Numbered from the stretch's first letter, positions 26,056 to 35,317 are shown. The stretch is 64,000 nt of DNA from Actinomycetota bacterium (GCA_050693035.1 JBOGWB010000009.1:4021-68020), one strand, 5' to 3'. Notes: generated by a model from the letters alone, not told the origin. Numbers and translations: made by a program.

Positions 26056-26502
26056 GTGAGTGCGATGGCCCGCAAGCGCCAGACCCGACTTCCCTTGAAC
26101 CCGAGGGCGGGCTCCGCGGCTCGGCGATTCGTCGAGTCCTTTCGCCAGAACCTCGATCCGGAATCGTTCGAGCGCCTGCGGCTTCTGGTGAGCGAACTGG
26201 TCAACAACAGCATGAAGCACAGCGGCCGCCCGGAGGGAGATCCCATCGTTCTCACCGTGGAACTCGACAACCGACAGGTGCGAGCCGAAGTCGTGGACGG
26301 GGGCGCCGGCGGCGACGTGCTGCGGACCTCGCCGGAGGCCCGCGGCGAGTCCGGCTGGGGACTGTTCCTCGTCGACCGGCTGGCCGATACCTGGGGCTAC
26401 TCGGGAGAGGGCCCCACCCGGGTCTGGTTCACTCTCCCCACCCATTCCGGAAGAACGTTCGGGCCGCGCTGGCCGGAGAATTCCCAGGCCGATAGCGCGT
26501 AA
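26056..26502 (+). CDS. HATPase_c-type anti-sigma regulatory kinase
   Basis: 148 aa with LVSELVNNSMKHSG (N box), VVDGGAGG (G1) and GWGLFLVDRLAD (G2). Confidence 0.75.
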   Translation: MSAMARKRQTRLPLNPRAGSAARRFVESFRQNLDPESFERLRLLVSELVNNSMKHSGRPEGDPIVLTVELDNRQVRAEVVDGGAGGDVLRTSPEARGESGWGLFLVDRLADTWGYSGEGPTRVWFTLPTHSGRTFGPRWPENSQADSA

Positions 26503-26512
26503 TATCGCGCTC

Positions 26513-29125
26513 GTGGAGCGCGTGGCGGACGAGGCTCACGGCCGCATCCCCGGACGTCTCTCTCGGGGCATCGAGCCCTATCTGCTCGATCTGGTGCAGG
26601 TCGCGGTGGTGGCGACCGATGCCGGCGGGTCCATCATCCACTGGAACCGATTCGCGGAGACGTTCTACGGCTGGTCCCGAGAAGAGATCGAAGGGAGACC
26701 CCTGGCCGAGGTCATCTTCGGCCCGGACCTGCCCCTCGACGAATCGCTAACCTCGAGGGTGCTCTCCGGGGAAGCCTGGGAGGGAGAGCTCCCCACCCGC
26801 CGCCGGGATGGCTCCGTGTGCCAGACCTTGGTGAGCTTCTCCCCCATCCACGACGAAGCCGGGACCGCCGCCGGGACCGTGGCGATCTGCGTCGACATCA
26901 CCGCTCGCCGGGAAGCCGAACAGCGTCTGTACGCGCAGTATGCGATCACCCGGGTCCTCGCGGAGTCGGAGGGCCTGCGCGAAGCCGCCCCGCAGCTCCT
27001 TCAGACCGTGGGGGAGACACTCGACTGGCTGGTGGGAGCGATCTGGCGGGTGGATCAAGCCGACGACGTCCTCCGGTGCGTGGACGCGTGGAGTGCCCCG
27101 GGGACCAGCGTCGAGGAGTTCCTGAACCTCACCCGGCAGACGACCTTCGTGCGGGGGCGGGGACTCCCCGGCCGGGTGTGGGAGACCGGGGAGTCGGCCT
27201 GGATCGTGGACGTGGTCCACGATCCGAACTTCCCGCGTGCCCCGGCGGCGTACGCGGTTGGCCTCCACGCGGGCTTCGGCTTCCCCATCCGCGTCGGTGA
27301 AGAGGTCCTCGGGGTGATCGAATTCTTCGCCCCAGAGACCCGGGAGCTCAACCCGCAGATCCTGGAGATGATGGCCGCCGTGGGCAGCCGGATCGGGCAG
27401 TTCATCGAACGGAAGGAGGCAGAGGAAGCCGTCCGGCAGAGCGAGAGCCGGAAGGCCGCCATCCTCGAGTCGGCGATGGACTGCATCGTGTCAATGGATC
27501 ATCGCGGCCGGATCATCGAGTGGAACCCGGCGTCGGAACGGATCTTCGGCCACGCTCGTGACGAAGTCATGGGGCGGCCTGTGGCGGAGGTGATCGTCCC
27601 GCCGGCCTTTCGCGATCGGCACCGCCGGGGCCTGGCCCGATACGTCGCCACCGGTGAGAGCCGGATCATCGGGAAGCGCCTCGAGCTGCCGGCCCTCCGA
27701 GCCGACGGAACCGAGTTCCCGGCAGAACTCTCGATCACCCGAGTGGAGGCCCCGGGACCTCCCCGGTTCACCGGTGTCATCCGGGACATCACCGATCGGC
27801 TCCGTACGGAGGCCGAACGGGAGCGTCTGCTCCAGGCGGAGCAGGCGGCCCGGGAAGCGGCCGAGCGGGCCACGGAGCGGCTGGCGTTCCTGGCCGACGT
27901 GAGCTCGGCCCTGGCATCCTCGCTGGACTACCGGCGGACCCTCCCTCGCGTCGCGCGTCTGGCCGTCCCCAGGGTGGCGGACGCGTGTCTCGTCTACATG
28001 CTGCAGGAGGACGGCTCCATCGCCCGGCTGGCCATGGAGCTCGCCGACCCCGCCCACCAGGCGATCGCGGAACGCGTGGCGGAGCTCCGCATCGACCCCA
28101 ATGCTTCCGGGGGGGTTCCCAAGGTTCTTCGGACCGGCCGGTCCGAGTTCCATCCGGAGGCAGACGCGCGGCTCCTGGCGGTCGACGTGGAGGATCCCGA
28201 GAAGCTGGTCCAGATCCTGGAACCCATGGCCATCACGTCATGGATGTGCGTCCCCCTGATGGCCCGGGGCCGGATCCTGGGAGCCGTCTCCTTCATCTCC
28301 ACCCGCTCGGGGAGGCGCTACACGGCCGACGACCTGGCCTTCGCCGAGGACCTTGCCCGGCGGTCCGCCCTTGCCATCGACAACGCCCGACTGTTCGAAG
28401 AACGAACCCGGATCGCTCGCTCTCTCCAACGGAGCCTGTTGCCCCCCGAGCTTCCCGAGATCCCGGGGATCGAGGCGGCGGCGCGGTACCGCCCCGCAGG
28501 GCTCGGCAACGAGGTGGGCGGCGACTTCTACGACCTGTTCGAGATCCGTGAAGGGCGGTGGGGCGTCGCCGTGGGTGACGTGTGCGGCAAGGGGGCGGAG
28601 GCCGCAGCGCTCACCGGGCTGGCCCGCTACACGATCCGCGAGGCCGCCGCGCACGACCCTCGCCCGAGCAGCGTGCTGATCTCGCTGAACCAGGCACTCC
28701 TGCGCCACGAGGAACTCCAGCTCTGCACGGTGGCGTTCGGGTATCTCCAGCCTGAGGAGGAAACGGCCCGCCTCACCCTGTCTTGCGGCGGCCACCCGCT
28801 CCCTCTCGTGCTGCGGGCGGACGGACAGCTCGACGTGGCGGGTACCGCGGGCACGATCCTCGGTGTGTTCGAGGACCCGGAGGTGGTCGATCTCGATGTG
28901 GAGCTGCGCCCCGGAGACAGCGTCGTGCTCTACACCGACGGCGTCACCGACGAGCGGACGGCGACGGAGGGATTCGGCGAGAAGCGCCTCAAGTCGATTC
29001 TCCGCTCTTGCCAGGGGATGGGTGCCGAAGGGATCGCAGACGTCATCGACCGCGCCGTCATGGAATTCCGCCCCGACGACCCTCGCGACGACGTGGCGTT
29101 GCTCGTGGTGAGGTTCTCGCCATGA
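26513..29125 (+). CDS. PAS-GAF-PAS-GAF sensor fused to a PP2C (SpoIIE/RsbU-type) phosphatase
   Basis: 870 aa. Two PAS-like segments (IIHWNRFAETFYGWSREE; IIEWNPASERIFGHARDE), two GAF-like segments, and a C-terminal PP2C (GGDFYD, GDVCGKG, LYTDGV). Confidence 0.9.
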   Translation: MERVADEAHGRIPGRLSRGIEPYLLDLVQVAVVATDAGGSIIHWNRFAETFYGWSREEIEGRPLAEVIFGPDLPLDESLTSRVLSGEAWEGELPTRRRDGSVCQTLVSFSPIHDEAGTAAGTVAICVDITARREAEQRLYAQYAITRVLAESEGLREAAPQLLQTVGETLDWLVGAIWRVDQADDVLRCVDAWSAPGTSVEEFLNLTRQTTFVRGRGLPGRVWETGESAWIVDVVHDPNFPRAPAAYAVGLHAGFGFPIRVGEEVLGVIEFFAPETRELNPQILEMMAAVGSRIGQFIERKEAEEAVRQSESRKAAILESAMDCIVSMDHRGRIIEWNPASERIFGHARDEVMGRPVAEVIVPPAFRDRHRRGLARYVATGESRIIGKRLELPALRADGTEFPAELSITRVEAPGPPRFTGVIRDITDRLRTEAERERLLQAEQAAREAAERATERLAFLADVSSALASSLDYRRTLPRVARLAVPRVADACLVYMLQEDGSIARLAMELADPAHQAIAERVAELRIDPNASGGVPKVLRTGRSEFHPEADARLLAVDVEDPEKLVQILEPMAITSWMCVPLMARGRILGAVSFISTRSGRRYTADDLAFAEDLARRSALAIDNARLFEERTRIARSLQRSLLPPELPEIPGIEAAARYRPAGLGNEVGGDFYDLFEIREGRWGVAVGDVCGKGAEAAALTGLARYTIREAAAHDPRPSSVLISLNQALLRHEELQLCTVAFGYLQPEEETARLTLSCGGHPLPLVLRADGQLDVAGTAGTILGVFEDPEVVDLDVELRPGDSVVLYTDGVTDERTATEGFGEKRLKSILRSCQGMGAEGIADVIDRAVMEFRPDDPRDDVALLVVRFSP

Positions 29126-29472
29126 GCGGCCTCGAGATCGAGGTTCGCCAGGAAGGGGGGGCCACCCTCCTGGCCCTTCAGGGAGAGCTCGACATCTCTT
29201 CGACCGAGCGCGTGGAGCAGGAGCTGCGCCGTGTCGAGGAGAGGTCGCCGCCGACGCTGGTGATCGACCTCCGCCCGCTCCGGTTCATCGACTCCACCGG
29301 CCTCCGACTGGTGCTGGGGGCCGACCTGCGGGCCCGGCGGGAGGGCCGGCGCCTGGTCATCGTGCGAGGGCCGGACACGGTCCATCGCGTGTTCCGGATC
29401 GCGCTCCTGGACCGCCGGCTCCAGTTCGTGGACGATCCCTCCTCGGTGGAGCTCGACGGCAGCCGCGACTGA
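29122..29472 (+). CDS. second STAS-domain anti-sigma-factor antagonist
   Basis: ATG at 29122 (ATGA overlap with the PP2C stop). Carries LRFIDSTGLRLVLGA. Confidence 0.85.
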   Translation: MSGLEIEVRQEGGATLLALQGELDISSTERVEQELRRVEERSPPTLVIDLRPLRFIDSTGLRLVLGADLRARREGRRLVIVRGPDTVHRVFRIALLDRRLQFVDDPSSVELDGSRD

Positions 29473-29597
29473 GCGGCCAGAACCGACGCGCATCCAGATT
29501 CCTCTCGGAACGGCGTTTCGGTCCCTTGCGCTCGGGGTAAAACCCGGGCCCCAAGCTCGTCCCGGAGGCGGGTCGAGCCGTTCGAAAGGAGCGCGGG

Positions 29598-29771
29598 ATG
29601 GCTCGGTGCCCGGCGTGCGAATCGGTTCGAATCGTGATCGTGGTGAGTCCTGGCCGTCGGGCCTTCTGCGCACGCTGCGGCACCCGGTGGGTACAGGACG
29701 GCAGCCATCAGCGGAACATCAAGCGTCTGACCCGGCTGCCCTTCGACCCGACCACGGCCACACCCGCCTGA
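29598..29771 (+). CDS. small zinc-ribbon protein (below the ORF-track size cut-off)
   Basis: 57 aa, MARCPACES...AFCARCGTRW (CxxC-N18-CxxC). AAAGGAG lies 8 nt upstream of the ATG. Read by hand from the sequence. Confidence 0.4.
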   Translation: MARCPACESVRIVIVVSPGRRAFCARCGTRWVQDGSHQRNIKRLTRLPFDPTTATPA

Positions 29772-29845
29772 GCCGCGCCGGTCTCGTCCTCCGCCCTCCG
29801 CGCGCGACGTTTGGGTCGCGCTCGCCACGGGCAGACCGAAGCATG

Positions 29846-29864
29846 AGCCGGTCCACGACCGGCT
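29846..29864 (+). terminator. possible hairpin terminator or attenuator before the cyanophycinase gene
   Basis: AGCCGGTC-CAC-GACCGGCT: perfect 8-bp stem. A second 9-bp pairing (GCCCACCTC...GAGGTGGGC) follows and reaches the cphB start region. Confidence 0.25.
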
Positions 29865-29926
29865 GAGCCCACCTCTCTTCAGCGAGACCGGGCGGGGACG
29901 AGGTGGGCCGAGGCTACAATGGGCTC

Positions 29927-30823
29927 ATGCAGGACACTCCCGAGCGCTCCGCCGGAAGCCGAACCCATGGGATGCAGGGCCCGGTCATGCTCATCGGCGG
30001 AGCGGAGGACAGGCGCAAGGAACGTCACATCCTGGCCAGGTTCGTGGAGCTCGCGGGGGGCGCTGACGCGCACATCGCGGTCATCGGGACGGCTTCCTCG
30101 CTCGGTGACCGGGCCACGGCGGGCTACGGGGAGCTGTTCACGGCCCTGGGCGCCGGGAGGGTCACCGGTCTTCGCCCCATCTCCCGAGAGGACTCGGCCG
30201 ACCCTCAGGCCCTCGGCGTGCTGGGGGAGACCACCGGAGTGTTCCTCACCGGCGGGAACCAGATCCGCCTGACCACCATCCTGGCGGGAACACGCCTGGG
30301 CGACGCGCTGGCCCGGGCACACGACCGCGGAGCTGTCATCGCCGGTACCTCCGCCGGGGCCAGCGCCCTGTCGAGCCACATGGTCGCCTTCGGGCGGTCG
30401 GGTGGCACACCCAAGCACCGGATGGTCCACATCGCTTCGGGACTCGGGCTCGTTCCGGGGGTCATCGTCGACCAGCATTTCCAGGAACGGATGCGTCTGG
30501 GGCGGCTCCTCGCCGCCGTGGCTTTGTCCCCTTCCCTGGTGGGGATGGGGCTCGACGAAGACACCGCCGCCGTGATCTATGCGGACCGGACGCTCGAGGT
30601 CATCGGGCGCGGAGCAGTGCTCCTGGTGGACGGGTCGAACGTGGTGACCGACGCCTTCGAGGCCAAGGGCCACCGGCCGATGCTCGTGTCCGGAGCGGTC
30701 GTGCACTCTCTGCCCACCGGGTCGTGGTTCGACCTCCGCTCGCGGACCCTGATCTCGGCCCCTCGAGGGCGAGTCGAGCCACCGCAGGAGGCCCTCCCGG
30801 CGGAGCGGGAGGCCTCGGAGTGA
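29927..30823 (+). CDS. cphB: cyanophycinase (S51 serine peptidase)
   Basis: VMLIGGAEDRR, FLTGGNQ, catalytic-Ser context IAGTSAGASAL, and VDQHF. No signal peptide. Start is uncertain (GTG 29903, ATG 29927 or ATG 29972). Confidence 0.88.
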   Translation: MQDTPERSAGSRTHGMQGPVMLIGGAEDRRKERHILARFVELAGGADAHIAVIGTASSLGDRATAGYGELFTALGAGRVTGLRPISREDSADPQALGVLGETTGVFLTGGNQIRLTTILAGTRLGDALARAHDRGAVIAGTSAGASALSSHMVAFGRSGGTPKHRMVHIASGLGLVPGVIVDQHFQERMRLGRLLAAVALSPSLVGMGLDEDTAAVIYADRTLEVIGRGAVLLVDGSNVVTDAFEAKGHRPMLVSGAVVHSLPTGSWFDLRSRTLISAPRGRVEPPQEALPAEREASE

Positions 30824-33615
30824 CCGCGGAGAAGAAGAAGACCTCCAAGAAGCCGCCCCCGCAGCCAAGCCTCAAGATCCTCCAGTCCCAGGTCTTCCGG
30901 GGACCGAACTACTACTCGTACGACCCCAGCATCCGTCTGTTGGTGGATCTGGGAAGCCTGGAGCACTGGCCGTCGGATTCGCTGCCCGGGTTCAACGAGG
31001 GGCTGCTCGAGATGCTCCCCGGGCTCAAGGACCACACGTGCTCTGTCGGGAAGCGGGGGGGATTCCTCCAGCGCCTGGAGGACGGGACGTGGCTGGGTCA
31101 CGTCGCCGAGCACGCTGCCTTGGAGCTCCAGCGGGAGACCGGTTCGCACGTGTACCGAGGCAAGACCCGGGGGGCGGGGCCGCCGGGGCGCTACAACGTG
31201 ATCTACGGCTACAGCGAGGAGCAGGTCGGCCTGGCGGCGGGAAAGCTCGCCGTACGGCTCGTCAACCACCTCGTTCAAGCCGACCAGGACTTCGACTTCC
31301 TCGTTGAGCTCGAGGCGCTGATCCGGCTGGCGGAGCGCAGGGCGTTCGGCCCCTCGACCCAGGCGATCATCGACGAGGCGGCGGCGCGGGACATCCCCTA
31401 CATCCGGCTGAACGAGCAGTCGTTCGTGCAGCTGGGACAGGGAGCGTATCAGCGGCGGATCCGGGCCACCATGACGTCGCTCACCCCCGCGCTTGCGGTG
31501 GACATCGCGGGCGACAAGAAGCTGACGAACCAGCTGCTCGCGTCGGCGGGCCTGCCAACGCCTCGGAGCGAGACGGTTCGGTCCGAGGACGAAGCGGTGG
31601 CGGCGGCTCGCCGGATCGGCTTCCCCGTCGTCGTCAAGCCCCTCGACGGCAACCATGGCCGCGGAGTGAGCCTGGACGTGCGCATCGAACGCGACGCGCG
31701 GAAGGGCTTCAAACGAGCCCGGGACGAGTCGCGTCGGGGGATCGTCGTGGTGGAGAGCTTCGTCCAGGGGAACGACTACCGGGTGCTGGTGATCGGAGGG
31801 CGGATGGTGGCCATCGCCCAGCGCGTTCCCGCCCACGTGACCGGCGATGGCAAGCGGACCGTTGCCGAGCTCGTCGAAGCCACGAACCAGGACCCGCGCC
31901 GCGGCATCGGACACGAGAAGGTCCTCACCAAGATCAAGATCGACGATGCCGCGATCGAGCTTCTGAAGAAGCAGGGGTACGCGCTGGACGATGTCCCCGA
32001 GGAAGGGGCCGTCGTGAACCTGGCCGCCACCGGCAACATGTCGACCGGTGGGATCTCGATCGACCGCACCTTCGAGGCCCACGAGGAGAACGTCGAGATC
32101 GCCGAGGAGGCGGCCCGCGTCGTCGGCCTCGACGTCGCGGGGATCGACTTCCTGACTCCCGACATCTCCCAGCCCGTGCGGGAGACCGGAGGGGCGATCG
32201 TCGAGGTGAACGCGGCCCCGGGGTTCCGCATGCACACCCACCCGACCGAGGGAGAGCCGCAGTACGTGGCGAACCCGGTGATCGATCTGCTGTTCCCCCA
32301 GGGCACCCCGTCGCGGATCCCGATCATCGCGGTCACCGGGTCGAATGGGAAGACGACGACCGTGCGGATGATCTCCCACATCTTCAAGAACATGGGCCGC
32401 CGGGTGGGGATGACATCGACCGACGGCATCTACATCGACGAGCGTCTGGTCAAGAGAGCCGACGCCAGCGGACCTCGATCCTCCCAGATGGTTCTCCAGA
32501 ACCCCCGGGTGGACTTCGCCGTGTTCGAGATCGCCCGCGGGGGCATCCTCCGAGAGGGTCTGGGGTACGAGCGGAACGACATCGCGGTCGTGTTGAACGT
32601 CACCGGCGACCACCTCGGCCTCAAGGAGATCGATTCGCTCGAGCAGCTCGCCGCGGTAAAGCGGGTGATCGTCGAGGCCGTCCCACGCGACGGGTACGCC
32701 GTGCTCAACGCGGACGACCCCCTGGTGGCCGAGATGCGGAAGCACTGCTCCGGCACGGTGATCCTGTTCTCGATGCAGGAGAAGAACGATCTGGTGGAGC
32801 GATGGGTCCGCCGGGGCCGCAAGGCCGTGGTTCTCCAGCATGAAGAACGAGGGGAGACGATCGTCATCCGGGACGGGCCCAAGCGCGTCATGCCGGTGGC
32901 GTGGACGCGGCTCCTTCCGGTGACCTTCGAGGGTCGGGCTCGCATGAACGTGCAGAACGCGCTGGCGGCCACGGCCGCCGCGCACGCAGCCGGCGCGCAC
33001 CTGCACGACATCCGCCAGGGATTGCGGAGCTTCAGCCCATCCATGTACCAGTCGCCCGGACGTTTGAACCTCGTGGAGATCGGCGGGATCAAGATCCTCC
33101 TCGACTACGCGCACAATCCGCACGGGCTCGCCACGGTGGGTGACTTCGTCGAGCGGATGACGGCACCGGCCGGTCCCGGCATCACCTCCTGGTCGGCGAA
33201 CATCCGGCTCGCGGTGATCGCCACTCCGGGCGATCGGCGCGACGACGACATCCGCGAGCTGGGCCGGGTGGCGGCTCGGTACTTCGACGACATCATCATC
33301 CGGGAGGACGATCACCCCCGCGGGCGCAAACGAGGCGACGCCGCAGAGCTCGTCATGGAGGGGGTGCGGGAAGCGATGCGCAAGGGTGCCAGGGCAGGGA
33401 ACGTCGAGATCGTGGTGGAGGAACCGGCGGCGGTTCGCCGGGCCCTGTACCGGAGCCGACCGGGCGACCTCGTGGTGCTGTGCATCGATCACCCCGAGCG
33501 TGTCTGGCGGGCACTCGACTCCTTGCGGATCCGAGGTTCCGACCCATCGGCTTCCGAGGGCGACGGACAGCCGGCCGAGGGCATCAGTCTCCTGGAGCTC
33601 GACCAGCTCAGGTAG
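30820..33615 (+). CDS. cphA: cyanophycin synthetase CphA1 (N + ATP-grasp + Mur-ligase domains)
   Basis: GTG at 30820 (GTGA overlap with the cphB stop). N domain VFRGPNYYSYDP, ATP-grasp FPVVVKPLDGNHGRGV, Mur-ligase P-loop VTGSNGKTTT, and DYAHNPHG. Confidence 0.92.
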   Translation: MTAEKKKTSKKPPPQPSLKILQSQVFRGPNYYSYDPSIRLLVDLGSLEHWPSDSLPGFNEGLLEMLPGLKDHTCSVGKRGGFLQRLEDGTWLGHVAEHAALELQRETGSHVYRGKTRGAGPPGRYNVIYGYSEEQVGLAAGKLAVRLVNHLVQADQDFDFLVELEALIRLAERRAFGPSTQAIIDEAAARDIPYIRLNEQSFVQLGQGAYQRRIRATMTSLTPALAVDIAGDKKLTNQLLASAGLPTPRSETVRSEDEAVAAARRIGFPVVVKPLDGNHGRGVSLDVRIERDARKGFKRARDESRRGIVVVESFVQGNDYRVLVIGGRMVAIAQRVPAHVTGDGKRTVAELVEATNQDPRRGIGHEKVLTKIKIDDAAIELLKKQGYALDDVPEEGAVVNLAATGNMSTGGISIDRTFEAHEENVEIAEEAARVVGLDVAGIDFLTPDISQPVRETGGAIVEVNAAPGFRMHTHPTEGEPQYVANPVIDLLFPQGTPSRIPIIAVTGSNGKTTTVRMISHIFKNMGRRVGMTSTDGIYIDERLVKRADASGPRSSQMVLQNPRVDFAVFEIARGGILREGLGYERNDIAVVLNVTGDHLGLKEIDSLEQLAAVKRVIVEAVPRDGYAVLNADDPLVAEMRKHCSGTVILFSMQEKNDLVERWVRRGRKAVVLQHEERGETIVIRDGPKRVMPVAWTRLLPVTFEGRARMNVQNALAATAAAHAAGAHLHDIRQGLRSFSPSMYQSPGRLNLVEIGGIKILLDYAHNPHGLATVGDFVERMTAPAGPGITSWSANIRLAVIATPGDRRDDDIRELGRVAARYFDDIIIREDDHPRGRKRGDAAELVMEGVREAMRKGARAGNVEIVVEEPAAVRRALYRSRPGDLVVLCIDHPERVWRALDSLRIRGSDPSASEGDGQPAEGISLLELDQLR

Positions 33616-35317
33616 GGGCTCTCGCCGCGCGGGCCAGCTCGCGGACCCGGTCCGGCCCGGCCCGCCGGCCACCCCGTTCGTCGAGCAGCGCGAAGATCTC
33701 CCATCGCTGGCTCAGCGCGGCCACCGAGACCACGTCGCCGGGCGAAGACATCTCCAGCATCCATTCCAGGGAGTGGAGCTCGTCGGGGAAGACCTGCACA
33801 TCGGCGGCCCCTCCGTCAATCGCCCCATCTCGAAGGTCGCCCACGATCTCCTCGGGGTCCTCGCCTCTCAGGTACCGCCTCAGCTCCGTTATCACCACGT
33901 GCTCGACGCCTCGGGCGGCGACGTATCCGATACCGCGCCGGATCTCCCGGCTCCGGTCGCCCGCCGCGCAGATCGTCACCCAGATCTCTCTTCCCGGGGG
34001 CCGGAGCCCACGGCAAATCTCGACCAGCCCGCGCATCCCCTCCTCGTTGTGCGCGTAGTCGATGACCACCACGCGCCGGTCGAGCTCGAACACATTGGCT
34101 CGGCCGGGGTTTCGCTCCTGGTCCGGTAGGAACGTCCGGAGCCCCTGGACCACCTCGTCCTCAGACATGCCGACGCCGAGTGCGGCCGCCGCGGCGGCCA
34201 TGGCGTTCTGCACGTGATGGCTGGCCACACCGGCCAGGGTGGCCGGCACGTCCTCCAGCGGTACGAGTGCCCGGACGCTCATCCCGCGATCCACGACGAC
34301 CATCGACCCCTCCAGCACAGTCAGGGCCCGGCCACGTTCGGTGATCGCCCACCGGATCGCGGGGTGGTCCGCGTCCATGGTGAAGAGGAAGGGCCGCCCG
34401 GTCATGCCCCGCCGCATCGCCAGGACCCGGGGGTCGTCGGCGTTCAGGACGTCCCAGCCCTCCGGCTTCGTGATCCTGGTGATGGCCGCCTTGACGTCGG
34501 CGAGCTGGTCCAGCGTCCTGATCCCGTGGAGACCGATGTGGTCAGCGGAGACGTTGGTGACCACCGCCACGTCGTTGTGGGGCGCCCCGATCCCCCGCAG
34601 GAGGATCCCTCCCCGCGCCGTCTCGAGCACCACGAGCTCCACGCCGGGCTGCGAGAGCGCCATCCGGGCCCCCAGGAACCCCGAGTAGTCACCCTCCTCC
34701 ACGAGCTTCCCTTCCAGGAACACTCCATCCGTCGAGGTGTAGGAGACGGTGCGTCCGGCCGTCTGGCCGATGTGCGCGAGCAACCGGACCGTCGTCGTCT
34801 TACCGTTGGTTCCGGTGATCGCCACGATCGGGACGGTGGGCGTCGGGAGGTCGGGGAGATCGCCGGGCTCCACCCGACGCAGCCGTCCGGCAGCCTCCTC
34901 CACGAGTCGGTCCAACGCCGTCGGGTCCGCGCCGACCGATCCGGCCAGCTGTGCAACCTCCCGCCCCAGGGATTCCGCATGTGTACGGCGGCGCCAGGGG
35001 AAGGCCACCACGACCTGGTCCGGCTCCGGGCCCGGCCGTGCCCGAACGGCCAGGCGCGTGCCCGTTGCCCGCGCCAGGCCCCGGGTGAGATGCGCGCCCA
35101 CCCGAGCAGCGAACCGCAGGCGCTGTCCCGACCCGGGAAGTCCCGGACGGGGCGAGCCGGGGAGGCCGAGGCCTTCGGCGACCCCGGCGGCCCGTTCCTC
35201 CGAGAGATCCATCCAGCCGCCGACAGACAGCGTCAGCTTGATGGCGGGGCGGGGGAAGTAGATGTTCGGCCCCTCGAGAACCCGCAACTCGACCAGCCGG
35301 ACGGCTTCCTCGGCCAC
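33608..35317 (-). CDS. shortened cyanophycin-synthetase paralogue (CphA N-domain + Mur-ligase domain, no ATP-grasp domain), CphA2-like
   Basis: 569 aa. The N-terminus VLEGPNIYFPRPAIKL parallels the CphA1 N domain. It runs directly into ITGTNGKTTT at about residue 160. IDYAHNEEG is also present. No ATP-grasp segment. Confidence 0.75.
   Translation of the reverse strand: MAEEAVRLVELRVLEGPNIYFPRPAIKLTLSVGGWMDLSEERAAGVAEGLGLPGSPRPGLPGSGQRLRFAARVGAHLTRGLARATGTRLAVRARPGPEPDQVVVAFPWRRRTHAESLGREVAQLAGSVGADPTALDRLVEEAAGRLRRVEPGDLPDLPTPTVPIVAITGTNGKTTTVRLLAHIGQTAGRTVSYTSTDGVFLEGKLVEEGDYSGFLGARMALSQPGVELVVLETARGGILLRGIGAPHNDVAVVTNVSADHIGLHGIRTLDQLADVKAAITRITKPEGWDVLNADDPRVLAMRRGMTGRPFLFTMDADHPAIRWAITERGRALTVLEGSMVVVDRGMSVRALVPLEDVPATLAGVASHHVQNAMAAAAAALGVGMSEDEVVQGLRTFLPDQERNPGRANVFELDRRVVVIDYAHNEEGMRGLVEICRGLRPPGREIWVTICAAGDRSREIRRGIGYVAARGVEHVVITELRRYLRGEDPEEIVGDLRDGAIDGGAADVQVFPDELHSLEWMLEMSSPGDVVSVAALSQRWEIFALLDERGGRRAGPDRVRELARAARAPT

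Noticed and set aside
30577-33672. 1031-aa ORF antisense to cphA1
   Set aside because: It mirrors cphA1 almost end to end and has R/P/G/D/H-rich composition with no domain signature. The plus-strand frame carries ATP-grasp and Mur-ligase motifs.
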